From: Octopus vulgaris
Taxonomy: Eukaryota
Assembly: GCA_951406725.2 (NCBI GenBank)
Contig: OX597815.1
Span: forward strand, 92,504,001 to 92,568,000
Reading direction: 5' to 3'
DNA: 64,000 nucleotides
Position numbers and translations under genes: made by a program. The number at the start of each line of letters is the position of its first letter. Position 1 is the first letter of the stretch. Below, one piece after another: positions 1 through 13,176 of this stretch. Below the pieces are notes generated by a model that ran no database searches, was not told where the DNA came from, and saw nothing but the letters and a program-made list of their open reading frames with translations.

Positions 1-59
1 GGCCACTAAATGGATGTAAGCATGACAATATATTTAATGTTTGATTCACAAATAAGTGG

Positions 60-160
60 TTTTGATCGCACTGCATGGCATCTTGGGCAAGAGTCTTCTC
101 CCACAGCTGAAGTCAGCCAAAGCCTAGTAAATGAAATTTTGTAGACAGAAGCTATGTAGA
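60..160 (+). mobile_element. Degenerate fragment of tRNA-derived CORE-type SINE
   Basis: ggcatcttgggcaagagtcttct...aaagcctagtaaatgaaattttgtagacagaa aligns by eye with the body of the better copy at 22441-22600. Confidence 0.45.
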
Positions 161-1709
161 AATCTATCAGAGGGACTAATCTCATTTTAAAGGAGATAAA
201 TTTAATCTGTTGTCTAATCTAACACCACTCCTTAGTCCTCCAGAGTCTTCAAAAGAGTCCACTTTGTTGTAAGCCTTTGGCCAAGGTCTCTGACTTGAGG
301 ATAGCATTCTTTTTGCCTGCCTTGCAGACTTTGAAAAAGGTCATAGAAGCTGCTCTTCTTTCTCCAAGTCATTAAAAACCTTACTGAAGACCAGTTCTTT
401 GACAGTGCTGGTAGATGTTTTTACTTATAAAAAAAAACAAAGAAATTTTTTAATCTCAACATGTCACACTGACATCTCACCTTCAAGGACAGTGTGACAC
501 GGGATCATATTATATGGTTCTTCGTCATTAATGGAATGGCCATTACTTCATTTTATTTTCCCTTATGATGCTGGTCACTTATAAATATTAAATACTTAAA
601 AGTAATTGTTTCTAAAGAAATGGCCACATTTCTTTAGAAATCAAGGACTGCCAAGATTATGAGAATTCTTTAAGAGAATACTTGATTTGATGCAAGACAC
701 TTGTCTAAATGCTAAATCTTCTGCTGGAACTTAGTGAAGTTTTGAACATCTTAGGGACTTCATAATTTTTGCTGAACCTTTGTTGGTGCATACCAAATAT
801 GGAAACAGGTAACTTTAAAGTTACGATTGGCATGGACTGAACAACTTTGGTCACTAGAAGGATTTAGCGTTTGTACTGTACAGTACAAATATTGTAAGGC
901 ACCACACTTCATATTTTGTAGATCATTTTTTTACTATTTAGAGCTCAATTCTTAATGAAGAAGACTATTTTTTTAACGATAAGTTAAGGGCCTGTGAAGA
1001 GGCTCTAAACATTATCTTTTCCTCTAGACTACGCAAGTAAAAAGCAAATAGATTCGTCTGACTACCTGTTCGCTATAGGAATTTCCTCGTATCTGGTCTA
1101 AAGAAATCTTTCTCTCAAGCTTCATCTTACGAAATAACAATAAAAATGTAGATGCTATCATTTAATATAAATCTATTTTAAATATCAAATAAACAATTAT
1201 TTAATGAAGAAATATTTTTATTATACGCACAGGGAAGATATTGAGGAGAAACTGCTTATACAATTCAGTTTCCTGTTGAAAATGTCATTCAATGCCCATG
1301 GGAAAAGCATGCACATCATCACCATACATTCCCTATAAACTTGACTTTTATGTCAGCGCAAACAAAGCACATATATATGACCACATATCAGTGGAGGTAT
1401 CATTTTATTTCTTCAATTTAATAATTACCTGTGACCTGACACAAGGCCAATTGTTGCTTGATGGACAAAAGGTATAGACGTTGGATTACGTATAGTCTAC
1501 AGTTAATACATCTTACGTGTACTAATGCAGATTTCTACTACTTGATCATTCCCACTGCTCTATCTTGGATCTACATGGAACTATGCAAGTGGAAGAAAAA
1601 CTCAGTGCAACACATTGAGTTATCTAATGTGTAAAATTACAGACTATTTTGAAAGTAGACATCATGGACATTCAAGAAAACTCCACAAATCTAGAGAGAT
1701 GTAAACATA

Positions 1710-1962
1710 AGCAAGATTTTTGGGGGTCCACGCAACACTAGTAGATTAGATATCGAGAATAGTATTTTAAGGGCCCATGAAAAACTTTTGCTTACTTCAA
1801 CATACACAAGTTATTGAGTGAATAACAAAATAGGAATTTTGAAAGAAGCTTTTCTAAATGTAGTTTTTAAACATCAAATGGCTACGAGGGTCCATCAGAA
1901 TAAAAATGGTAATCAGAGGGGTCCATAGATAAAATAAATAAATAAACAGTTGAGAACCCCTG
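1710..1962. mobile_element. hAT-like non-autonomous element, one end only
   Basis: Ends in gttgagaacccctg (reverse complement caggggttctcaac, a hAT/Charlie-type terminus). It is followed by atttaaat, which fits the nTnTAnAn 8-bp target pattern. Internal (g)gggtcca motifs repeat; the other TIR was not found. Confidence 0.5.
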
Positions 1963-3136
1963 ATTTAAATAGTAAAGAAAGGGAAAAAAAGGAAAGTTTG
2001 ATAATAATTATGCGAATATTTTCGGAGAACTTAGTAACAATCCCATTCTTTTCCTCTTGGCTTTGCTACAAAAAAAAACATTAAAAATAAAATCTAGCAT
2101 CATATGAGTGGGCAGTTAAAAGTTTTCAATGAAACTGAATATAACGAACAAAACAATATTGTCTCATACATCGACCATTAGTGGTCAGAGTGTATATTCG
2201 CAGTGATTTACAAAAGCTCTACGACCTAATGTCGATCCTAGGTTTGGACAATTTCACTTCGTTTACACAAGTGATATAAATGAGAAAAGCATGAACACAA
2301 AACGTGCCTTTTCCTCTTATCTAATTCATCTAAGATCTCATGTCCTATATAAGAAATCAGTAACCCAGTGAATCTTGTAATCAACAAATTGCAATATTTT
2401 TCAATGCCGCAAGTGTTACAGGAGTCAAGGAACCAAACAACAGTATGGATATTAGGGTAAATCCAAGAGCCTTTCAAGCATAAACAACCCCGTTATTAAA
2501 TGAATAGGTCGTGTTCATCTGCGTTAAAATCTCTCAGGTGTAACTGTTGCTGTCTATAAACGTGTTTGTTATAAGGCAAGGACATGATACACATATGGTG
2601 TATTGCAGAGAAAAGAGTGCGTCATAATATAATATATGTCCGTAATAAAGCACTAGTTTGTTCGGGAAGCTCCGTCTCTCAACATATTGTGATCTATAAA
2701 TAAATACAAAAGACCGTATCAACACGACATTATACAACCGACTACTCTTTTGATAAACATTCAGCTCTAAGTAGCATTTCCTCGTCAACCTTCGTTTTTT
2801 TCTTTTCCTCTACCTTCTCTCTACATTATCGTCCTGAATTTCTAGTTCTCTCTCACGTTTTGATATCTCCCATTCCTTCCTCCTCCTTTTCAATGTCGCC
2901 CCTACTGTTGTTGACACCTTTTTTTCTAGCTTTGTTTCACTGTCTCTTCCTTATCTAATTTCCTCTTTTTCTCCTTTATTTTTTCATTTTCGATTTCCCA
3001 GCCTTTCAACAAAATTTCATTTTCAGTTAGATAATAAATATAAACATAGAGCTACACACACACATATATATAACCCTCCTCCTCTCTCTCACCACTACAA
3101 CTATCATGCAGTGTATCTATAGATATATAAATATGA

Positions 3137-3163
3137 GTGTGTGTATGTATGTGTGTGTGTGTG

Positions 3164-3212
<49 letters not shown>
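3137..3212. repeat. (TG)n/(TA)n microsatellite
   Basis: Directly visible. Confidence 0.95.
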
Positions 3213-3214
<2 letters not shown>

Positions 3215-3751
3215 TGTTGGCATATTTTGTTTTACTGTATGTATACATATATAGAATTATGTACCATTTGTGAATGCGTACGAGTGTTTGAGTAGTAGTG
3301 ATGTAGTATTCAGGGGCAGATAACTGTTATCAGCAATAGCCACCCGACAATGGATGATTACCATCGTTGCCACCCTATCATCGTCTAACGCTTTTCTAAA
3401 AGCACACTACAAACTAGCAACTTCGACTACAAACCCTTAAAGGTTCGTCCTCACAATTTCTACATTACTTCTTCTCCCTTGTACACAGCCTTTTCTTTAT
3501 TGCATTCACTTAACCATTATCGAGTTATTTGCTTCATTCAACAATTTTTTTCACTGTTTATACCAGGCCTTGCATTACTGATTTCAGAATATATTAATAT
3601 GCTTCTAAATAGATGGCAATAATCGTTAACAATAATTTGTCGCAGTTCTAGTTTTTTTTCTTTCAAAGGAGGAGCAATATAAGGTATTTCAACTAATCTT
3701 CAGGAATTTTTTTCCTTCAAAGCTATCTATAATCTAGATTTATCTGTTGTT

Positions 3752-3955
3752 ACTGTATAGCCCCCAGGTCAACCCTGATCGAACAGACCTATGATCAGTG
3801 GAATTCCAACCATGACCATTCTGTTCTTTCAGGGACAGGACTATATGATTTAATCTATCCTTTTTAAAATATATATTTAAGACGATGAGTGTAATTTGAA
3901 GGAGAATTAGCTGCTATTTTTTGCTGGTCAGTCGACCATATACTCTTTATTGGTT
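3752..3955 (+). mobile_element. Old ~200-bp interspersed repeat (family A), representative copy
   Basis: Motifs ccccaggtca...gacctatgatca...attccaaccatgacc...gtgtaatttgaaggaga.ttagctgctattt recur at about 23220-, 24300+, 26035-, 28480-, 31000+, 31425+, 40200+, 40340-, 43895-, 45950+, 50575+, 55935+ and 56810-. Confidence 0.65.
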
Positions 3956-5652
3956 CGATAATTTCTCCGTATTCTCCATACGTGTGATATTAGTCTTGAA
4001 ATGACCACCAGATATTCAACATGTTCTTAATAGAAATGCTATTTGATAGTTTACTTCATTAATACTTATCCTAATTGTTTATATATTCATGCAAAAATCT
4101 CCGAGATTATCGTCCCGTATTATTCATCTTCATGTTGTTGTCAGTTGTTTCATAGGAGTCGGATCCGAGAGAAGTGATGGCCACTAGACAATATATGTTG
4201 CTAAATATTTGTTTTAGGACCATACAAATACAGATTAACTGTGGGAAGTGTTATATTCTTCACTGTGTATGTTTAGTAATAGAAATATCTTCTGCTTATT
4301 CCTTTTCTGGATCGGAGTTGTATTTGGACAAATGTCATTTTTAAGTCTAAACTAAACCACTATATCATATTTTAATTATTATTTTTTTTTTTTGTGATTA
4401 CTCTTTCATTTATTCACACTGAGTCACACACAAAATAAACAAACCCTATAATTAAATGGTTTCAATGAGAAATTCTGCCAGAGTGTCTAAGACGATCTTG
4501 ATATCTGTGAATTGTCAGATTGCTAACTTTAAGGAGCGCCTGCGTGTACTTTTAGTAATAAATAAAAATTATGAGAGTAATATTCTGTCGTATGTGGTAG
4601 CAGAATGTTTGTATCTGTAAACTACAATATTAAAAACAACAGCCTGTAGTAGTAACAATGATGTCATGCTTCATCATACACACACTCACATACATTTATG
4701 TCAGCCACTTGCTGCTACTGCTGTTGTTGTTACTACAACATTGCTAAATTACTGTCTCTCCCTTCCTCTCTGTCCATCCTTACTACTCGTTTCACTGAAA
4801 CTTCATTTAATGTAAATTGTCCCATCACACTTGGATTCACACACCAGTCGGATCCGCAGTCTTTGAGACATGCTTACTATTGTACCGATAATTCCAGAGA
4901 AAAGAGACCATATCTCCAAGATGTCTTCAATCTCTTAACAGGTTGTTTCCTTATTTGTAGTTCACCACAATTTTTACGTTTCTTTTCCTTTTGGTCCCTT
5001 GTCCCCTTCTGTGTGTATACATCTACATTCATTCATTAATGTATACGCATTTACCAATGTGTAAGCGTGTATATATATATTCACCCATACGCACAATGTA
5101 TATATATTATCGTGATTGTATGTATAAAACCTATACTTAGAGTAGTCGGAGGCTAGTGTAGTAGATTATATGAACATAGTAGTATATATATTCTATGATT
5201 ATAAACATATAGATATATATATGCTGTGTATGGCTGCTCACGTATTTAATGTATACTATGTGTGTATATAATTGTATGTCTATATAATGTTTATTGTGAC
5301 TATATAATCTGTATGTATGTTTCGAGAACATACTTTGCGTAAAACATAGCTTGTGTGTACATTTGCTATATTCTGAGTATGTATGTACAAACACACAAAT
5401 TTAATTTATACTGTGCAACTTTGTGTGAATATAATGTATGCAGTGTTACTAACTGTATATAATTGTATATATATGAATATATGCTGTGTCGATATGTGTA
5501 TATCTTGTGCTAAGAGTTTATAACGCTCTGTATGTGGCTATATACATATAATCCGAATATGTGTGCATAGTGTATGGTATGTATGATGTAAATGAAGTAT
5601 ATGGTAATGCGCCTATGTTCATATATAAGAAAATATTGATAAAAAGAATGTC

Positions 5653-5815
<163 letters not shown>

Positions 5816-6168
5816 ATATATATATATATATATGTGTGTATATATATATATGTGTATATATATATATATATGTGTATATATATATATGTGTATATATATA
5901 TGTATATATATATGTGTATATATATGTGTATATGTATGTGTGTATATATATATGTGTGTATATATATATGTGTGTATATATATATGTGTATATATATATG
6001 TGTATATATATATATGTGTATATATATATGTGTATATATATATATGTATATATATATATGTATATATATATGTGTGTATATATATGTATATGTGTATATA
6101 TATGTGTATATATATGTATATGTGTATATATATATGTGTGTGTGTGTATATATATGTGTGTGTATGTA

Positions 6169-6215
<47 letters not shown>

Positions 6216-6244
6216 ATATATATATGTATATATATGTATATATA

Positions 6245-6291
<47 letters not shown>

Positions 6292-6405
6292 GTATATATA
6301 TGTATATATATATATGTATATATATATATATGTATATATATGTATATATATATGTATATATATATATGATATATATATATGTATATATATATGTATATAT
6401 ATATG

Positions 6406-6456
<51 letters not shown>

Positions 6457-6700
6457 GTATGTATATATATATGTATGTATATATATATGTATGTATATAT
6501 ATATGTATGTATATATATATGTATATATATATGTATGTATATATATATGTATGTATATATATATGTATGTATATATATATGTATGTATATATATGTATAT
6601 GTGTATATATATATATGTATGTATATATATGTATATGTGTATATATATATATGTGTATATATATATATGTGTATATATATATATGTGTATATATATATAT

Positions 6701-6748
<48 letters not shown>

Positions 6749-6759
6749 GTATATATATG

Positions 6760-6820
<61 letters not shown>

Positions 6821-6951
6821 GTATATATATGTATGTATATGTATGTATATGTATGTATGTATATGTATGTATATATATGTATATATATATATGTATATAT
6901 ATATATGTATATATATGTATGTATATATATGTATATATATGTATGTATATG

Positions 6952-7000
<49 letters not shown>

Positions 7001-7021
7001 GTATATATATGTATGTATATG

Positions 7022-7057
<36 letters not shown>

Positions 7058-7091
7058 TATGTATATATGTATGTATATATATATATGTATA

Positions 7092-7133
7092 TCATCATCA
7101 TCATCGTTTAACGTCCGTTCTCCATGCTAGCAT
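7092..7133 (-). mobile_element. Extreme 3' tail of RTE LINE (~40 bp)
   Basis: tcatcatcatcatcgtttaacgtccgttctccatgctagcatg is the reverse complement of the tail seen at 24125-24175. Confidence 0.75.
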
Positions 7134-7158
7134 GTATGTATATATATATATATGTATG

Positions 7159-7191
<33 letters not shown>

Positions 7192-7399
7192 GTATATATA
7201 TATATGTATATATATATGTATATATATGTATATATATGTATATATATATATGTGTATATATATATATATATGTGTGTATATATATATATGTGTGTGTATA
7301 TATATGTGTGTATATATATATATATGTGTATATATATATATATGTGTATATATATATATATGTGTGTATATATATATATAAATATGTATATGTATATAT

Positions 7400-7566
7400 A
7401 CTTTATTTAAAGCAGCAGAAAATTCAACAAAACCTGTTACTCCGAGTTTCCCGTTGCTGGCACTCTACCACTCGTATTTGAGTACTCTTTTTTGCTGGTT
7501 ACTCTACCACTCGTATTTGAGTACTCTTTTTTCCACCTTGTTTCACATTTATGTGTTTACTCCGGT
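7400..7566. mobile_element. TA-flanked repeat island with a 39-bp tandem duplication (possible Penelope-like terminus)
   Basis: actctaccactcgtatttgagtactctttttt starts at 7462 and again at 7501; the minus strand carries gaaactcggagtaacagg, a hammerhead-like 3' half. Confidence 0.45.
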
Positions 7567-7721
7567 ATATGTATATATATATATATATGTGTATATATAT
7601 ATATATGTGTGTATATATATATATATATGTATATATATTAATAAATGAAATAAAACATATGCATATATATAAACATATATGTACATACTTACCTCTCCAT
7701 GTACATATACACGCATGTATA

Positions 7722-7859
7722 TCATCATCATCATCGTTTAGCGTCCGTTTTCCATGCTAGCATGGGTTGGACGGTTCTACTGGGGTCTGTGAAGCCAGAA
7801 GGCTTCATCAGGCCCAGTCAAATCTGGCAGTGTTTCTACGGCTGGATGCCCTTCCTAAC

Positions 7860-7862
<3 letters not shown>
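7722..7862 (-). mobile_element. RTE LINE 3' UTR fragment
   Basis: (cat)n + gtttagcgtccgttttccatgctagcatgggttggacgg...gctggatgcccttcctaacgcc matches the RTE tails elsewhere in the window. Confidence 0.8.
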
Positions 7863-7903
<41 letters not shown>

Positions 7904-7980
7904 TGCAGCGTGGGAGGTGTTTATAAGCCATTTAAGAAACACACAAAAGCCGTTCGATTCACTCCAACATTTAAGTTTAA

Positions 7981-8030
7981 TTTGTCAAAATATTTTCGTC
8001 GCTAAAATCCGCGACCTGTTCACTGACAAA
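7981..8030 (-). ncRNA. Type I hammerhead-like ribozyme, G3-C8 core variant
   Basis: Minus strand: stem I UUUGUCA/UGACAAA, core GUGAACA, extra G, stem II GUCGC/GCGAC, GAA, palindromic stem III AAUAUU, triplet UUU. It lies in a TA-flanked island at 7900-8045. Confidence 0.5.
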
Positions 8031-8053
8031 GTCCGTGCTGCATCATATATATT

Positions 8054-8102
<49 letters not shown>

Positions 8103-8838
8103 TTTTATATGTATATATATGTATATATATGTATATGTATATATATGTATATATATATGTATTTATATATATATATATGTATATATATATGTATTTTATA
8201 TATATATATATGTATATGTATATATATATGTATATATATATGTATATATATATGTATATGTATATATATATATGTATATGTATATGTATATATATATGTA
8301 TATGTATATGTATATATATATGTATTTATATATATATGTATATATATATGTATATATATATGTATATATATATATGTGTTTATATATATATATGTATATG
8401 TATATATATATGTATATATATATATGCATTTATATATATATTTGTATATGTATATATATATGTATATATATATGTGTGTATATATATATGTGTGTATATA
8501 TATATGTGTGTATATATATATGTATATATATATGTGTATATATATGTATATATATATGTATATATATATGTATATATATATGTGTATATATATATGTATA
8601 TATATATGTGTATATATATATATATGTATATATATAGGTATATATGTATATATATAGGTATATATGTATATATATAGGTATATATGTATGTTTATATATG
8701 TATATATATATATATGTATATATATGTGTGTATGTATGTATATGTATGTTTATATATGTATATATATATATATGTATATATATGTGTGTATGTATGTATA
8801 TGTATGTATATATATGTATATATATATATATGTATGAA

Positions 8839-8877
<39 letters not shown>

Positions 8878-9476
8878 GTGTGTGTATATGTATGTATATA
8901 TGTATGTATATATATGTATATATGTATGTATATATGTATGTATATATATGTATATATGTATGTATATATATGTATATATATATGTATATATATATAGATT
9001 ATGTATATATATATGTATGTATATATGTATGTATATATATATATATATGTATGTATATATGTATGTATATATGTATATATGTATGTATATATGTATGTAT
9101 ATATATGTATATATGTATGTATATATGTATGTATATATATATATAGATATATGTATATATATAGATATATGTATATATATAGATATATGTATATATATAG
9201 ATATATGTATATATATACATATATGTATATATATACATATATGTATATACATATATGTATATGTATATACATATATGTATATGTATATACATATATGTAT
9301 ATGTGTATATATATATATACATATATGTATATGTATATACATATACGTATATGTATATATATATGTATATATATATATACGTATATGTATATGTATATAT
9401 ACATATATGTATATGTATATATATATACATATATATATATACATATACGTATATGTATATGTATATATACATATAC

Positions 9477-9507
<31 letters not shown>

Positions 9508-9656
9508 CACATGTATATATGTATATATACATATACACATTATATATATATATATATATACACATGTATATATATACATATGTATATATATGTGTATATA
9601 TATATATATGTATATATATACATATGTATATATATGTATATATACATATACACATG

Positions 9657-9687
<31 letters not shown>

Positions 9688-10169
9688 GTATATATGTATA
9701 TATGTATATATATGTATATATATATATACACATGTATATATGTATATATGTATATATATGTATATATACATATACAAATGTGTATATATGTATATATATG
9801 TATATATACATATACAAATATGTATATATGTATATATATGTATATATACATATACAAATATGTATATGTGTATATATATATGTATATATATATATATACA
9901 TATGTATATATATGTATATATACATATACAAATATGTATATACATATGTATGTATATGTATATATACATATGTATGTATATGTATATATACATATGCAAA
10001 TATGTATATACATATGTATATATATGTATATATACATATACAAATATGTATATGTGTATATATATATAGGTATATATATACAAATATGTATATGTGTGTA
10101 TATATATATATATGTATATATGTGTATATATATGTATATGTATATATTTATATGTATATATATGTATAT

Positions 10170-10577
10170 ATATATTAATAAATGAAATAAAACATATGCA
10201 TATATATAAACATATATGTACGTACCTACCTCTACATGTACATATACATGCATATATGCGTACAGGACACCAAAGGGACGTCGAACAAAATGAGAAACGC
10301 AAACATAGACACAAACCAAAGGAACTGGACATTTTTTTAAAAACAACAAAAAAATAAATAGAGTACAGGACAATTAACACAAAGAAAAAACCCCTTGTTC
10401 AGTCGCTATGGTTTCATCTACTCTACATTTCGAAGGATAAAAGCAAGACATATCTTCGACAAGAAACTTTCCTTCCTGCGAAAAGCAAATCAATTAAAAT
10501 TCTGAGATCTTTTCGCAGAGGGGTAAAAAATGGTTAAAAAATGGTAAAAAACCAGGACAGTAACGACAGTACAAAAT

Positions 10578-10580
<3 letters not shown>
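10170..10580. mobile_element. TA-flanked interspersed repeat; first ~90 bp duplicated at 7630-7720
   Basis: taataaatgaaataaaacatatgcatatat...acctctacatgtacatatac occurs at both sites; the class is unresolved. Confidence 0.45.
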
Positions 10581-10616
<36 letters not shown>

Positions 10617-10735
10617 AAATGTATATGTATATATGTATAAATGTATATGTATAAATTTATATGTATCTATATATATGTATAAATGTATATATATATGTGT
10701 ATATATATATATATATATATGTGTGTATATATGTG

Positions 10736-10778
<43 letters not shown>

Positions 10779-10789
10779 GCATGTATATA

Positions 10790-11055
10790 TATTTTTCTGG
10801 TTGAAATGCACTGAAAAATGGCGACACAGCAGTCAAAAAATCATAAAAAATAGTGATTTTCATAGAAAAAAAGCACCTTCTTGATGTAAATAATTTTGGG
10901 TGTTAACATGGTCCGATTTGAATTTTTACTTCCACGTAAGGAAGAGCAAGCTTCTTCTATCATACTCTCAAATTTGGTCAACTTGTGCCGCAGGGTCTTG
11001 AAGGAGATAGTGTTAGCTGAAGTTTGCCAAACCTGCCATACACAGACAACTTCAG

Positions 11056-11060
<5 letters not shown>
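10790..11060 (+). mobile_element. Helitron/Helentron-like non-autonomous element end
   Basis: aaatttggtcaac...ggagatag...acagacaacttcagctttatata ending, with a perfect 10-bp subterminal inverted repeat agctgaagtt (11015-11024)/aacttcagct (11048-11057). Confidence 0.4.
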
Positions 11061-11152
<92 letters not shown>

Positions 11153-11163
11153 ATATATATATA

Positions 11164-11200
<37 letters not shown>

Positions 11201-11202
11201 TT

Positions 11203-12560
11203 ATGACAGGGATGCTGTCAGTAAGGTGAGGGTTGGCAACGAGTAGAGTGAAGAATTCTGGGTAGGAGTAAGGGTCCTCCAGACAATAACAGAGGAATTC
11301 AAGACAGGATGCCCTGGGAGTTCCTCTATGCTGATGACCTTGCTCTAATTGCTGAGCCACTATCAGAACTAGTGTGGAAGCAAGGACTAGAATTGAAGGG
11401 TCTTCGAGTCAACCTAGCGAAAACCAAAGTCTTAATAAGTAGGATGGTAGACAAAACACAAATCCCTTCTGGTAGATGGCCCTGCTCAATCTGTAGAAAA
11501 GGTGTAGGTAGAAACTCCATAAGATGTACCCAATGTAAGATATAGACACATGAGAGGTGCAGCAATATCAAAGAAGGCTAATTGGGAAGATAGTTTTTGT
11601 ATGTGGCAAATGCTCAGGTGCTATAACACTGAAAATGTGCAGAGAACAGTTTCTGTCACATTCCAGGAAGAAAAATAAGTAGTTGATAGCTTCCTTTACC
11701 TAGAGGACCAAGTCAGTAGCAGTGGGTGGATGCTCTGAAAGTGTAGCTGCTAGAATAAGAATAGCCTGGGCAAAGTTTGGAGAGCTCTTACTTCTGCTGG
11801 TGATAAAGGGCCTCTTGCTCAGAGTAAAAGGTAGATTGTATGACGCATGTGTACGAACAGCCATGCTACATTGCCGTGATACATGGGCTATGACTGCTGA
11901 AGACATGCGTAAGCTTGCAAGGAATGAAGCCAGTATGCTCCGCTGGATGTGTAATGTCAGCGTGCATACATGACAGAGTGTAAGCGCCCTGATAGAAACG
12001 TTGGATTTAAGAAGCATCAGATGTGGTGTGCAAGAGAGACGACTGTGCTGGTATGGTCATGTGTTGCGAATGATTGAGGACAGCTGCATGAAAAAGTGCC
12101 ACACCCTAGCAGCTGAGGGAACCTGTGGAAGAGGTAGACCCTGGAAGACCTGGGATGAGGGGATGAAGCATGACCATTGAACATTGGGCCTCACCAAGCC
12201 AGTGACTAGTGACTGAGACCTTTGGAGATAAGCTGTGCTTGTGAAGACCCAACAAACCAAGTGAGGCTATATCCCATGGCCTATACCAGTGGGTGTAACC
12301 AGCAGGTAGCACTTAAAAAACATCTTTTGAGTGTGGTTGTTGCCAGAACTGCCTGACTGGCCCTTGTGCCAGTGACATGTAAAAGCACCCACAACACTCT
12401 CGGAGTGGTTGGCATCAGGAAGGGTATCCAGCTGTAGAAACTTTGCCAGATCAGATTGGAGCCTGGTGCAGCCTTCTGGCTCAGCAGTCCTCTGTCAAAC
12501 CGTCCAACCCAAGCCAGCATGGAAAGCGGACATTTAATGAATATGATGATGAGGATGATA
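11203..12560 (+). mobile_element. 5'-truncated RTE-clade LINE (degenerate RT + 3' UTR)
   Basis: PWEFLYADDLAL, GLRVNLAKTKV, RIRIAWAKFGEL, GRLYDACVRTAML; stops and frameshifts; (gat)n tail at ~12543-12560. Confidence 0.9.
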
Positions 12561-12584
12561 GAATATATGTATGTATATATATAT

Positions 12585-12619
<35 letters not shown>

Positions 12620-12699
12620 TATATAATAATAAATCCAAACTTACAGGGAAAAATTAGATTTAGGATTAAATCCAATTTTATAGTATAAATATATTATAT

Positions 12700-13130
12700 T
12701 ATATTATATTAAATTAGAGATAAAACCACTATTATGCAAATCAAACAGTGAAAAACATAAGCCAATACATAAAATTAATTTAAAAATATAAAAGTTAAAA
12801 ATTGAAAACTTATTTAAATAATTTAAACTTATAAATTTTAAATATATATATATACAAATATATATATATGTATGTATATTATTTTATTTATTTATTTATT
12901 ACATAAATAAATTAATAAATAAAATAATATATAAATATAAAAATATACATACATATATATATATATATTTGTATATATATATATATATTTAAAATTTATA
13001 AGTTTAAATTATTTAAATAATTTTTTAATTTTTAACTTTTATATTTTGAAATTAATTTTATGTATTGGGTTATGTTTTTCACTGTTTGATTTGCATAATA
13101 GTGGTTTTATCTCTAATTTAATATAATATA
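12700..13130. repeat. Long AT-rich palindrome (arms ~180 bp)
   Basis: aaattagagataaaaccactattatgcaaatcaaacagtgaaaaacataa... is mirrored by ...ttatgtttttcactgtttgatttgcataatagtggttttatctctaattt; centre near 12900. Confidence 0.85.
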
Positions 13131-13176
13131 TATATTAATAAAATATATATATATTTTTCTCGATAAGGAAATATAT

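Noticed and set aside
1429-1500. Possible minus-strand exon ending in CAG|GTAATT
   Set aside because: Weak acceptor and no recognisable peptide
2238-2788. Short minus-strand ORFs as a divergent gene
   Set aside because: Non-ATG starts, no recognisable domain, composition like non-coding DNA
10385-10440. Possible type II hammerhead on the minus strand
   Set aside because: The core reads CUGAACA without a compensating change, and no stem I pairing is found
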